From Treponema sp. (GTDB lineage: Bacteria; Spirochaetota; Spirochaetia; Treponematales; Breznakiellaceae), in assembly GCA_009781635.1 (NCBI GenBank), contig WQXU01000005.1:13443-77442 (forward strand): DNA of 64,000 nucleotides, read 5' to 3'. The position numbers were made by a program, and so were the translations under genes. The notes beneath the pieces are model-generated. The model was not told the DNA's origin and searched no databases. It worked only from the letters and a program-made list of their open reading frames with translations. How positions within the stretch are numbered: the stretch's first letter is position 1; each line of letters begins with the position of its first letter. This document shows, in pieces, positions 46,986-56,888 of this stretch.

Positions 46986-48467
46986 TTAGTTATACAAAGG
47001 GCTTAATGCCCCAAGATACCTGGAATAGACAGCATAGGCTTCATTATAAAGCTTTACATTTTTGCTGTCGGGTTTGATTGTTGCGCCTAACGCAACATGC
47101 TTGTCTGCAAGATCTTCAATTGAGCTCTTTTTTCCTTCGTGGCTTTCAAGACACCATAATGCCTGAATGGCGCCGCCCATCGCCGCAGCCTCCGAGCCAA
47201 CCAGCATGCGCACAGGCACATTCGTTACATTTGCAACGATAGTCTGCCAAAGCGGGCTTTTTGAGCCGCCGCCTGTAAGGCGTATTTCCTTTGGTTTAAA
47301 ACCAAGCGATATAAAACCGTCAAGGCCGATTCTCATTCCAAAGATTGCAGATTCAAGAGCTGCGCGTGAAAGATTTTCTTTTTTAAAATTGGCGGCGGTA
47401 ATGCCGTTTATGCTTGCCTTTCCATTGGGCAGGTTCGGCGTTCTTTCTCCGTTAAAAAACGGCAGTATAACAATTCCGTCCGCGCCGACCGGCGATTTTG
47501 AAGCCTGCTGATCCAGCGTTTTCACATCAAACCCCATGAGGTTGCGGATTTCTTCGCTTGCCACAGTGCAGTTCATTGTGCAAAGAAGAGGCAGCCATCC
47601 GCCTGAAGATGAGCAGAACGCAGCAAGGTTTCCCGTTGGATCGATTACCGGCTTGTTTGAAAAACCAAAAAGAGTTCCGCTTGTTCCAAGGCTCATTGTT
47701 AAAAAACCGTCACGTACAGCTCCGGTGCCGATAGCGCCCATCATATTGTCCCCGCCGCCTGATGAAACAAGAGTTCCTTCGTTCAGACCGTAAAGAGCCG
47801 CCGCAGCCTTGCTTACAACTCCGGCTGTTTTATCGGAAGTTGTCAGCTGCGGAAGATACTTCTCAACCTCGGGTGAAATTAATTTACAGATTTCAGATGA
47901 CCATTTGCGTCCCCGGACATCAAAGAGGGCAGTGCCAGATGCATCGCCGTATTCAGCCCAATACTCTCCTGTCAGCAGGAAGTTGATATAATTATGGGGA
48001 AGAAGGATGTGCCGGAGTTTTGCAAAAGCGGCCGGCTTGTGTTTTTTTAACCATAAAACTTTTGGCGCAGTGTAGCCCGGGCGCATAGGAAGCCCGGTTT
48101 TTTCTATAAGCTTTTTTTCGCCGCCTGCAGCCTTTGTAAGTTCTGCGCATTCTGCGGCAGTTGAGGTATCGCACCAAAGTTTAACATTGTAAACAGGCTT
48201 TCCTCTTTCATCCAGAGGCACAAACCCGTGCTGCTGTCCTGAAACGCCGATTGCGGCTATTGTTTTTCTTGCATTTTTATCGATTTTTTCAAAGCATTTT
48301 TTAATGACTTCATCGTACCACTCGGTCTTTTGCTCTCTTGTGCCGTCATTATTGGCAATTATATCCACCGGCGCCGAAGACTGGGCAACGATTTTTTTCT
48401 TTTCATAATCATAGACAACAATTTTACAGCTCTGGGTTCCCAGATCTATTCCGCATATGGTTCGCAT
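46986..48467 (-). CDS. xylB: xylulokinase (FGGY family)
   Basis: The N-terminal [11 protein letters not shown] is FGGY-type, and there is a GGGSKSPLW motif. It lies immediately upstream of xylA. Confidence 0.85.
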   Translation of the reverse strand: MRTICGIDLGTQSCKIVVYDYEKKKIVAQSSAPVDIIANNDGTREQKTEWYDEVIKKCFEKIDKNARKTIAAIGVSGQQHGFVPLDERGKPVYNVKLWCDTSTAAECAELTKAAGGEKKLIEKTGLPMRPGYTAPKVLWLKKHKPAAFAKLRHILLPHNYINFLLTGEYWAEYGDASGTALFDVRGRKWSSEICKLISPEVEKYLPQLTTSDKTAGVVSKAAAALYGLNEGTLVSSGGGDNMMGAIGTGAVRDGFLTMSLGTSGTLFGFSNKPVIDPTGNLAAFCSSSGGWLPLLCTMNCTVASEEIRNLMGFDVKTLDQQASKSPVGADGIVILPFFNGERTPNLPNGKASINGITAANFKKENLSRAALESAIFGMRIGLDGFISLGFKPKEIRLTGGGSKSPLWQTIVANVTNVPVRMLVGSEAAAMGGAIQALWCLESHEGKKSSIEDLADKHVALGATIKPDSKNVKLYNEAYAVYSRYLGALSPLYN

Positions 48468-48552
48468 TTATTCCTCCGTGTGATTTTCTTATTGTAAGGT
48501 ATCAATGCCAAATTGTCTATAATGTGAAGCTCTAAAAACTCCGGTAAGGTTC

Positions 48553-49221
48553 CTATTCGAAACGCAGGCCGATGAGAAATTCAACGCCGGTACGGGCAGG
48601 GCCGCTTGGTATCGCTACGCTTATGTCTGTTCCAACAGGCGCAACCGGTATTACGCTGGCGGTTTTAACTTCGACAGGATCCGCGGCTCTTGAGTTTCCT
48701 TCCACACGGCTGGAAGCGCCGGCGTTTACTCTAACCTGCTGGCCTCTGTTTCCCATGAAACTAACGCTTCCGTCGCTTACATACAGATTACGGGTATCGA
48801 ATTCGAAACTTGTGCCGCGTACGGAAGCTGTTGCAGAGGGGCTTGTTATTGACATAATCGCTCTTGATCCAGTGGGCGGCTTCACTTCTACGCGCACCCT
48901 TCCGGACTGAAGATTAACGTTTAATGTTTCCTCATCGTTTGAGCTTTGTATCTCTGTAAGCGTCAGACGTGTTAAGGGCCTTACTGTAATTGATGATGTG
49001 CCTGTTTCGATAATAGCGGTACTCCTGAAGCCTGTCGAAATCAATGTATCCTGTGTAAGGTGATCCCCGGCATTTGCAGTAACAAAAGAGCTTGATCCGG
49101 CCCGTTTTATCTCTACTGTGCCGCTTACTTCACTTATTATTCCGGCTTGAGCAAATCCAGTCTTAAGAATGATACAAAAATATATTATTAAAAGAAAAAT
49201 CATTAAACACTTTTTTTTCAT
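48553..49221 (-). CDS. secreted FecR-domain protein
   Basis: A signal peptide is followed by GTVEIKRAGSSSFVTANAGDHLTQDTLISTGFRSTAII...SVRGTSFEF, the FecR/LipL45-like pattern. Confidence 0.65.
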   Translation of the reverse strand: MKKKCLMIFLLIIYFCIILKTGFAQAGIISEVSGTVEIKRAGSSSFVTANAGDHLTQDTLISTGFRSTAIIETGTSSITVRPLTRLTLTEIQSSNDEETLNVNLQSGRVRVEVKPPTGSRAIMSITSPSATASVRGTSFEFDTRNLYVSDGSVSFMGNRGQQVRVNAGASSRVEGNSRAADPVEVKTASVIPVAPVGTDISVAIPSGPARTGVEFLIGLRFE

Positions 49222-49237
49222 AACTTTCCCTCTTTAG

Positions 49238-50479
49238 TTAAAATATTGAAATAACTATATTTAATTCTGCCCGCCAGAGCATATCGGCATCCGGCACAGC
49301 GTCTCCAAGAGACGGCAGGAATGTCCCGCCTCCAATATTCATTTGAATACCGGTAGACATACTCCATATAAAACGCATATATAATTCTGTTCCCAGAAAA
49401 AGGCCGTCGCTGCTTACGCCGATAACAGGATAATTTGAATAAGTGTAAAGATCGTTGCGTATGAAATAGGAAGCGCTTAAATTTGCAGAAAACACCCTGT
49501 GAAGATGCGCAAGATAACTTAATTGAATAACAGTAAGCCCCGAAGGATTTACTTTTAAAAGGTTTCCCTGAGGTATTGTAGTAAGCGGCAGGAAGGCGCC
49601 AACTTGCGTGTCAGGGATTATGCCGCTTAAATAAATTCCGCGAAGCGTTAGGTGCTGCTCATTGCCGGCCGGAAGAATAAAGGTCAGTCCTGCGTTAGCC
49701 GCCATCGCAATAGTAAGCTCCTGTGAATATTGAATCAGTTCAAGGCAGCCGCCAGCATCAAGGATTATATAACTTGACGGGAAAGTAAATTTTGCCGTTA
49801 AATACTGACTGTTCAGGTTTGTTCCTTCCATATCAACCTGTCCAAGAACAGCGAGCCTGACGCTGAATAAATCCGCAATAGACGGATGTTCCCAGCCCGC
49901 CGATGCAAAAAAACGGCTTGGAGCAAAATAAGTTTTTTCAAAATCGTTTAAATCAAGCTTTCTGTAAAAGTACTGAAGTTCTTCTTCTGTCATGGTAATG
50001 TTGGCTCTGGTTTTGTAAAGCAGGCCTGTATACCAGCCGCCGGCGCTGAAGGTTCCGATATTTGTATCATGAGAGAATGATGCGCCGTCAAAAAAGCCGT
50101 CCGCTATTATTCCCAGCGGATCGCGGTACGGCATGCGGCCAATTTTTAATTCGCTCATTCCAAAGCGCATTGTAAGATCTGTGCGCAGAAGTTCCGGTAC
50201 AATATTAACTGGTTCAATATTAACAGCGTTATCGAAAACCAGTCTTGTGCGGTAATTAAATCCTGCGGAAAAAACAAACTCGCCGTTATCTCCCAGCAAT
50301 GCCGATACGCGCGGGATAATAGTGCCGGAATATTCGTATCTTCTTTCGCTGAAATCGGCACTCTGCGCATTAATATCAATGCTTTGATCCAGCAACAATC
50401 CGATATCAAGGGCCTGTAAATTATGCATAGAAAAAACACAAAGGAAAATCAGAATAATAAGTTTTGCGCGCAGTCTCAT
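49238..50479 (-). CDS. putative outer-membrane beta-barrel protein, unknown family
   Basis: Signal peptide, alternating beta-strand pattern, and C-terminal Phe (NIVISIF). Confidence 0.5.
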   Translation of the reverse strand: MRLRAKLIILIFLCVFSMHNLQALDIGLLLDQSIDINAQSADFSERRYEYSGTIIPRVSALLGDNGEFVFSAGFNYRTRLVFDNAVNIEPVNIVPELLRTDLTMRFGMSELKIGRMPYRDPLGIIADGFFDGASFSHDTNIGTFSAGGWYTGLLYKTRANITMTEEELQYFYRKLDLNDFEKTYFAPSRFFASAGWEHPSIADLFSVRLAVLGQVDMEGTNLNSQYLTAKFTFPSSYIILDAGGCLELIQYSQELTIAMAANAGLTFILPAGNEQHLTLRGIYLSGIIPDTQVGAFLPLTTIPQGNLLKVNPSGLTVIQLSYLAHLHRVFSANLSASYFIRNDLYTYSNYPVIGVSSDGLFLGTELYMRFIWSMSTGIQMNIGGGTFLPSLGDAVPDADMLWRAELNIVISIF

Positions 50480-50480
50480 T

Positions 50481-51461
50481 CTAATTATCCTCCAATATGG
50501 TAATTTCTACCCGCCTGTTAAGCGCCATTCCTTCGGGGGTGTTGTTATCTGCAATTGGGCGGCTTGAGCCGTAACCGGCAATTATTATATTTTCAGCTTC
50601 GCATGCCTCAAGCGATACAAGGTAGTCAGCGACAGACTGCGCCCTGCCTGTGGAAAGCGCAAGCTGATATTCTTCGGTGCCGATGTGCGTGGCATGCCCT
50701 GCTACAAGCAGTTTAATATTGGGAATGCCTTTTAAAACGCCTGCAATCTCATATATTTTTATCCTTTCGGCATTTGGCAGTACCACAGAGTCAGCCAGGA
50801 ATACGATGTTGGAGAAGGTAATTGTTACGCCTTCTTCTGTCGCTTCAACGGTGGTATCGGCTATGGCCTGCTCTTCGATAATGGCCGCAATTTCCGCAGC
50901 CAGGGCTTCGCGGCGGTTAGCTGCTTCCACTGCGACAATTTCTTCGGTAAACTCTTCCAGTGTTTCTATTACTTCCTCAAGCCCCCATGGTCTTATTTCT
51001 ATTTCATGAAGCACCCGGTTTACAAGAAATAAAAGTAAATCGCCGGATACCTTCATTCCGGGATCAGCTCTGCCCTGGATTACTCTCTGGTATACAAGTT
51101 CGCGGTAGGCATAGTGCGAGTTTTTGAAAACTGAATACATGGGCCCGCCTTTCATATTAAATGCACGCATAATTAAGCGGGAAACATCGCGGAGTTTGAT
51201 ATCTTTTTTTGGATCTGTCCTTGCCGGAATCCAGCGTTTTTCCGCTGCGAAGAGAAAGGCCTGTTCAAAATCGAAGTTAGCGTCAGAGACAGAAACATTC
51301 ACATTAAAGGAGTTTACAGTTTCAACTACAATCCATGCTGCCTGTTCAAAGCTTGCATATTTTGTTTCAAGAATATCTTCTATTATTTCCGCAATCTGGG
51401 CATTCAAAAAAAACGGAGAAAAAAGAAAGAGGAAGACGGCTGGCCATATTTTTTTATTCAT
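50481..51461 (-). CDS. OmpA-family protein (C-terminal peptidoglycan-binding domain)
   Basis: The ATG at 51461 (MNKKIWPAVFLFLFSPFFLNAQ) is preferred over the TTG at 51470. The C-terminal region has GHATHIGTEEYQLALSTGRAQSV...NRRVEITIL OmpA_C motifs. Confidence 0.8.
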   Translation of the reverse strand: MNKKIWPAVFLFLFSPFFLNAQIAEIIEDILETKYASFEQAAWIVVETVNSFNVNVSVSDANFDFEQAFLFAAEKRWIPARTDPKKDIKLRDVSRLIMRAFNMKGGPMYSVFKNSHYAYRELVYQRVIQGRADPGMKVSGDLLLFLVNRVLHEIEIRPWGLEEVIETLEEFTEEIVAVEAANRREALAAEIAAIIEEQAIADTTVEATEEGVTITFSNIVFLADSVVLPNAERIKIYEIAGVLKGIPNIKLLVAGHATHIGTEEYQLALSTGRAQSVADYLVSLEACEAENIIIAGYGSSRPIADNNTPEGMALNRRVEITILEDN

Positions 51462-51466
51462 GTTTG

Positions 51467-54400
51467 TCAATCCGGCCTTGTACCGCTTGTATTGTATGCA
51501 AGGCCGTATGTGCCTGTGTCAGAAGATGCATAGATACAACGCGCTCTTATATAAACTATGCCATTAAAATCTGCTGTAAATGCCATTGCAGAATAATATG
51601 AATAGTTTTCAAAAATATGGTCGCCATTATTATCCCATAATGAAATAACAATAGGCATTGTTTTGGTACCATTGCCGTCCCATAATGAATTAGTCCAGAA
51701 ATAATATGTTGTGCCGGCGGAAACATTTATTGCATACCAGTCTACTGCGGAACTTGCTGTAATTTCACCGTCAAGCCAGGTGTCATATGGAAGTGCAACT
51801 GCTTGACCGCCAGAGATATCAAGAATTATTGGCCTTATACCGCTTGTATTGTATGCAAGTCCGTAAGTGCCTGTCTCGATTGAACCCCAGCCTGTATAGC
51901 CGCGGACTCTTATGTAAACAGTTGTATTGGATGCGGCTGTAAACCCGCTTGGTGATTCCCATGAATGAATAATACCGGAATGAGTTAACTCACTATCGCC
52001 CCAGATATCAAGAGCAGCATACATTGTTTTACTAATGCTTTCCCAGCGGTTACTTAACCAGAAATGATATGTTGTGCCGGCAGAAACATCTATTGCATAC
52101 CAATCTGCGCCGCCGCTTGTTATAATTTCACCGTCAACCCAGGTGTTATATGGAAGTGCAACTGCCAAACCTTCGGAGACATCAATGCTTGGCCTTATGC
52201 CGCTTGTGTTGTATGCAAGGCCGTATGTTCCTGTGCTTGTAATACTACAACGTGCTCTTATATAAATTGTGCCACTATAATCTGCTGTAAATGACATTGG
52301 AGAATTATATGAATAACTGTTAATAAAAAAATGTTCGCTATTATCATACCACATTGAAATAACAACAGGCAGTGTTTTAGTGCCATTACCATCCCATGAA
52401 GAATTAGTCCAAAAATGATACATTGTGCCGGCAGAAACATTTATTGCATACCAATCTGCGCCGCCGCTTGTTGTAATTTCACCGTCAATCCAGGTGTTAT
52501 ATGGAAGTGCAACTGCCAAACCTTCGGAGACATCAATGCTTGGCCTTATGCCGCTTGTGTTGTACGCAATGCCGTATGTGCCTCCGAGATTCCAATTAAG
52601 AGTTCGTACCCTTAAATAAACAGTAGTATCTGATACTGGATTAAATGCTAACGGGGAACCCCATGAATATTGAACATTGCTGTGAATTGATGTACTGCCT
52701 TCCCAAACACTTAAAGAAGCAAAAAGTGTTTTAATACTATTGCCTTCATAGCCATTATTCAGCCAAAAATAGTATGTTGTGCCGGCAGAGACATTTATTG
52801 CATACCAATCCTCTGAGAAATTTGTTGCAATTTCACCGTCAATCCAGGTGTCATTTGGAAGTGCAACTGCCAAACCTCCGGAGACATCAATGCTTGGCCT
52901 TATACCGCTTGTATTATATGCAATGCCGTATGTACCTGTATTGCTCCAGCCTCGTACCCTTAAATAAACAGTAGTATCTGATACTGGATTAAATGCATAC
53001 GGGGAACCCCATGAATGTTGACCATTGCTGTGAATTGATGTACTGCCTTCCCAAACACATAAATAAGCATAAAGTGTTTTAATACTATTGCCTTCATAAC
53101 CATTATTCAGCCAAAAATAGTATGTTGTGCCGGCAGAGACGTTTATTGCATACCAATCCTCTTGGAAACTTGTTGCAATTTCACCGTCAATCCAGGTGTC
53201 TTCCGGAAGCGTATTTAGAATTTCACCAATATTTATATTTATCCCCGATATATCCTGGTTCCAGGCCTGTATTGCAAGACCTTCAATTTGTTCATCGTAA
53301 ATAACTCCGAAATAAATATGTTGAGCAAAAACCCGGAATGAAATGTCTTCAGGTTCATCAAGAGACATTATTGTTACTGACCATGGGGAGTTTATTTCAG
53401 GTGATGGGATATAGGTATAACCTCCGTAACTGGAATAAACATAGGCAGAAGATACTGGGTTTCCCGCATAGCTGATATTTAAAGTCCCGCTTAAGGTAAT
53501 TGCATGCAGATCAACTGTAAGGTCAATACCGGAAATGTTTTGATTTCCTGCAAGTATACTTTGATTAACATCATAATATAATCTACTATTTCCGCTCATT
53601 TGGAAATGTCCGCCAAAAGATATATTTACTTCGTCTTCAAAAGCCGGAATGGTCAATGACCATGTGTTTTCCTGTGAATCAACCCGTCCGCTGGTTATAT
53701 AATGCATGATGTCATTCGAATTCAGGTATGCATTTATAAATACATTAAAAATACTTTCCTTAGGAACACCGGTTACTCTTAAATCGAGCGTGCCGCTTAT
53801 TGTAATAACATCTATAAAATCATCTTCTGTAATTACAAAACCTGCTTTGGTTTCCAGATTCGAGCCAATATGAACAAGCTCCACACGGTATACAGCCTGG
53901 TAATCATCGTACAACTCTATGGATACTATATAAAAACCGGGACCAAGCGATATTGTTTTTGAATGGGGTGATTCATAAGTATACCAGCTGTCTGAAAATA
54001 ATCCCATATTGTTAAAAGGCTCAATCCTGAAAAACACACCATTTGCTTTTTCTTCCGGATAAGACAGGGAAAGAACGAGAGTTCCATTTTCACCATAAGG
54101 ATAATGAAGCGCATTTAATGTAATATCAAGGTAATTTTGCTCCCTCTCGCGTACAATAATTATTTGACTGTTTCCCTGCGCTGCAGCATAATCAATTCCA
54201 TCAATTTCGACATAACCTGTGACATAAATAATCCACTGGCCAAGTGCAATATCTTCTACAATAACGGATGTCTCATCGCCTTGCAGAGTTATACTTTCCT
54301 GTGAAGAGCCTTCTGTGTGCCAAAATGTAATTTCAAATTTTGAAAATGAAGGCATTTCAGGATACAGGGTTTTAGAGCCTACTGCTTCTCCCGATAATGT

Positions 54401-54517
54401 TATTTTTAATCCCCTAAACTCCTGTGACAACTGAACAAGTTCATCTGCACAGCCTGCAAATACCGGCATTATTAAAACTACGCATATTGTTAATAATAAA
54501 TTTTTGTAATGTTTCAT
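51467..54517 (-). CDS. 1016-aa surface lipoprotein with five tandem DWY-motif (PPC / pre-peptidase C-terminal-like) repeats
   Basis: Signal peptide plus FAGC lipobox. The C-terminal 580 aa consists of five ~116-aa repeats, each with TWIDGEI....DWYAINVSAGTTYYFW...GTYG(I/L)AYNTSGIRP. Confidence 0.7.
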   Translation of the reverse strand: MKHYKNLLLTICVVLIMPVFAGCADELVQLSQEFRGLKITLSGEAVGSKTLYPEMPSFSKFEITFWHTEGSSQESITLQGDETSVIVEDIALGQWIIYVTGYVEIDGIDYAAAQGNSQIIIVREREQNYLDITLNALHYPYGENGTLVLSLSYPEEKANGVFFRIEPFNNMGLFSDSWYTYESPHSKTISLGPGFYIVSIELYDDYQAVYRVELVHIGSNLETKAGFVITEDDFIDVITISGTLDLRVTGVPKESIFNVFINAYLNSNDIMHYITSGRVDSQENTWSLTIPAFEDEVNISFGGHFQMSGNSRLYYDVNQSILAGNQNISGIDLTVDLHAITLSGTLNISYAGNPVSSAYVYSSYGGYTYIPSPEINSPWSVTIMSLDEPEDISFRVFAQHIYFGVIYDEQIEGLAIQAWNQDISGININIGEILNTLPEDTWIDGEIATSFQEDWYAINVSAGTTYYFWLNNGYEGNSIKTLYAYLCVWEGSTSIHSNGQHSWGSPYAFNPVSDTTVYLRVRGWSNTGTYGIAYNTSGIRPSIDVSGGLAVALPNDTWIDGEIATNFSEDWYAINVSAGTTYYFWLNNGYEGNSIKTLFASLSVWEGSTSIHSNVQYSWGSPLAFNPVSDTTVYLRVRTLNWNLGGTYGIAYNTSGIRPSIDVSEGLAVALPYNTWIDGEITTSGGADWYAINVSAGTMYHFWTNSSWDGNGTKTLPVVISMWYDNSEHFFINSYSYNSPMSFTADYSGTIYIRARCSITSTGTYGLAYNTSGIRPSIDVSEGLAVALPYNTWVDGEIITSGGADWYAIDVSAGTTYHFWLSNRWESISKTMYAALDIWGDSELTHSGIIHSWESPSGFTAASNTTVYIRVRGYTGWGSIETGTYGLAYNTSGIRPIILDISGGQAVALPYDTWLDGEITASSAVDWYAINVSAGTTYYFWTNSLWDGNGTKTMPIVISLWDNNGDHIFENYSYYSAMAFTADFNGIVYIRARCIYASSDTGTYGLAYNTSGTRPD
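51470..53209 (-). repeat. five tandem ~348-354-bp coding repeats inside the lipoprotein gene
   Basis: The periodicity shows in the near-identical antisense ORFs at 52064, 52415, 52774 and 53122, and in the protein repeats. Units 1 and 2 are nearly identical, and units 3 and 5 form a second subtype. Confidence 0.85.
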
Positions 54518-54519
54518 AT

Positions 54520-56001
54520 TTAATTTACTTCCTTAAACATGACTCTAAAAATTAATTCCTTGGAGTAAGGTATGCCATTTTTAACAACAACAACCATAAG
54601 GCTGTGGGTTCCTATTGTAAAACCGGTGCCGATATCTATATTTAAACTATTATAGCCCCATTGCTGTTGTCCATTCAAAAACCAGGTATACGAATCATAT
54701 TCACCTTCTACAGTTATTGTCAGGGTGTCGCCCCAGTGCAGGTTTTTGTTTGGGTCTTCTGTAAAATTAATGACTTCGTTGTGAAATCCATCAAAAATCA
54801 CATTAACATCCGCAGAAGAATATTCTTCAAACACTGCGTCTAATGTTATATCCATGTCAGGCAGGATAAAGGTAAGAATGTTGTCTTCCAGTTCATATTC
54901 ATAGTATTCATAGGGATATAAATATATACTGTTTGTCCTTAATCTGCAGTTGGGCGCAGGAGTGAAGACCACTGTTATAGGGGTTCCTGCGTATGCAGTT
55001 TTAGGATATACGCTTATGACGCCAAGCGGTGTTTCCTCAGGCAAATGTACTTCATAGACTGGTATTTTTTCAAACTCCGCAAAGATCGTTACGTCAGAAT
55101 CCGGCAGGACAAAAGTATCATACCAGCTTCCTGCAGAATACGGCGCTGTAATATTGCCGCTGTTCATTAATTCAATAATTTCACTGCAATATTCACCTTC
55201 CGGTGTAATGCTGAAACTGCCGTGCCTTAATCTGTACCCGTGTTCTATTAACATTAAAAATTCTATGACGGTATCTTCATAAGCGCTCTGGGGATTAATA
55301 ATTATCGAGCCATATTCCATGCCTTCAATTATCGTTTCTACCGTATAGATTGGTATTATTTCAAACGCGGCGTTTATTACAACATCATAATCCGGCAGGA
55401 TAAAAGCACGGCTAAGACCTGTGCCGCTAATTTCAACTGCAGGGGTAATGGTTAAACTGTTCCGTACTATTCTATAACCTTCTTCGGGTTCTATTGTCAG
55501 AGTTATTAAGCTTCCTTCTCCTCCCCATGTATGACTGGGAGTAATTACACCGTTTTCTATTCCTTCTGTAATGCTTATTGTAAAGAAGGCCTTGCGCATT
55601 ATTATAGGAACATAGTTTTCCTGACCTGGCTGTATGTTTGCAATTGCAGATCCCCTGGCGTATATAACCTCTTCAAGATGCGCTTCCGCCATAAGATGCG
55701 CCTCTACCATGATATTCCAGATGCCGGAAGCAATAATTGCCTCGATCTGTGTTTCACCTCTGACCTTGAAAATTATTTCTTCTTTTGAATTTGTAATTGT
55801 GATAGTAAACTCAAGCTGATTAAGTATATCGCCTTCAGGCGGGAATACCATGCCTCTTGAAGCGCCGTCTCCAAGAACAAGTATTATTTTTCCATGTTCA
55901 TTGTCAAGAAAGTTAATGCACCCGCACAGTGTTAAGACAATAAAAATCAAAAACAGGCGGAAGACCTGCTGCGTTTTTAAAACTTTTATAAATAATTTCA
56001 T
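54520..56001 (-). CDS. 493-aa lipoprotein with three InlB-B-repeat-like modules (tentative)
   Basis: Signal peptide with LTLCGC lipobox. There are three modules of the type G.V....(T/S)....G..(I/V)T(L/V)....P..GYR(L/I)...S....P, each ending in (A/V)(A/E)FE(I/K)IP(I/V)Y. The stop is 2 nt from the next gene. Confidence 0.55.
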   Translation of the reverse strand: MKLFIKVLKTQQVFRLFLIFIVLTLCGCINFLDNEHGKIILVLGDGASRGMVFPPEGDILNQLEFTITITNSKEEIIFKVRGETQIEAIIASGIWNIMVEAHLMAEAHLEEVIYARGSAIANIQPGQENYVPIIMRKAFFTISITEGIENGVITPSHTWGGEGSLITLTIEPEEGYRIVRNSLTITPAVEISGTGLSRAFILPDYDVVINAAFEIIPIYTVETIIEGMEYGSIIINPQSAYEDTVIEFLMLIEHGYRLRHGSFSITPEGEYCSEIIELMNSGNITAPYSAGSWYDTFVLPDSDVTIFAEFEKIPVYEVHLPEETPLGVISVYPKTAYAGTPITVVFTPAPNCRLRTNSIYLYPYEYYEYELEDNILTFILPDMDITLDAVFEEYSSADVNVIFDGFHNEVINFTEDPNKNLHWGDTLTITVEGEYDSYTWFLNGQQQWGYNSLNIDIGTGFTIGTHSLMVVVVKNGIPYSKELIFRVMFKEVN

Positions 56002-56159
56002 TGTAATAATCCTGAAAACAATTTTACACTATAATCTATGTTTATTCAATAAATTGAATAAAGAAGTATTGATACAGGAACTTATAAAAATTTTATTTAT
56101 TAGAAGAATCTCATAATAATTTTCTTTAAAGATCGTAATATTTGGTGTATAATTAATGA

Positions 56160-56576
56160 ATGCAACTGTTAGTGAAAAATTTGTGCATTTTTCTTATCAT
56201 TTCATTAATAACTCCCGGCATATTTGCTGCAGATACCGGAATTTCCGTACTTAATATTCCGGTAAATTATGGATTGGACAGTCATTTTAACGATACTGAT
56301 AACTTTACAGCTCCCTTTTTTTACAACCCTGTTTACTTCAATAATAAAATAATCAATCTTCATGAAGGCTTATCAACCGGGTCACAGCAGAGCGGCGCTT
56401 CCATTAACGGCTGGTTTGGTTTTTTCCTTGTAATACTTGGAACATCGATGCTTATAACAGACAATAACCACAGAAATACCCTTTATAATCAACATATTCG
56501 TGAGAAAAGAGCCATGATGCAGGAAGAAGACAGGGTAAATCAGATACTGCACAGAAGGCAAAACAGCAGATATTAG
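56160..56576 (+). CDS. 138-aa secreted/membrane protein, unknown family
   Basis: Signal peptide (IFLIISLITPGIFAAD), one internal transmembrane helix (WFGFFLVILGTSMLI) and a basic C-terminus. Confidence 0.4.
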   Translation: MQLLVKNLCIFLIISLITPGIFAADTGISVLNIPVNYGLDSHFNDTDNFTAPFFYNPVYFNNKIINLHEGLSTGSQQSGASINGWFGFFLVILGTSMLITDNNHRNTLYNQHIREKRAMMQEEDRVNQILHRRQNSRY

Positions 56577-56658
56577 GCGCTTTCCATAGAAATACACTCC
56601 CTATTGCAAACCTCATTATTTTTTTTATATAATATCCCTACATAAATTAAAGAGGAAA

Positions 56659-56877
56659 TTGATGGCAAAGAAAGGAAAAATTACTATCGATCGTGAGTTA
56701 TGCAAGGGATGCCTTTTGTGTATCCGTGCATGTCCTGTAAAGGTGCTGGAAGCCGATACCGAGATAAATTCATCCGGTTCCTATCCTGCAAAAGCAATAA
56801 ATATGGAAAAATGCATCGCATGCGGCAATTGCTACGAGGTCTGCCCCGATGTTTGCATCGAAGTCTACGAAGAATAA
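56659..56877 (+). CDS. 2x[4Fe-4S] ferredoxin-like delta subunit of 2-oxoacid:ferredoxin oxidoreductase
   Basis: CKGCLLCIRACP and CIACGNCYEVCP cluster motifs. 72 aa. It lies directly upstream of the alpha subunit gene. Confidence 0.85.
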   Translation: MMAKKGKITIDRELCKGCLLCIRACPVKVLEADTEINSSGSYPAKAINMEKCIACGNCYEVCPDVCIEVYEE

Positions 56878-56888
56878 CGAGGAAAAAT

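Noticed and set aside
51470-53209. Diversity-generating retroelement (template/variable repeat) explanation for the repeats
   Set aside because: No reverse transcriptase gene is in the window. The differences between units are not confined to adenine positions. The units are in-frame domains of a single protein.
52064-53304. Family of similar plus-strand ORFs (52064, 52074, 52415, 52425, 52774, 52779, 53122)
   Set aside because: They are antisense shadows of the tandem coding repeats in the minus-strand lipoprotein gene. Their similarity simply reflects the repeat periodicity.
56700-56888. Long 5-prime extension of the oxidoreductase alpha-subunit ORF
   Set aside because: It overlaps the well-supported ferredoxin (delta) gene in another frame. 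The canonical alpha-subunit N-terminus begins at the ATG at 56889.
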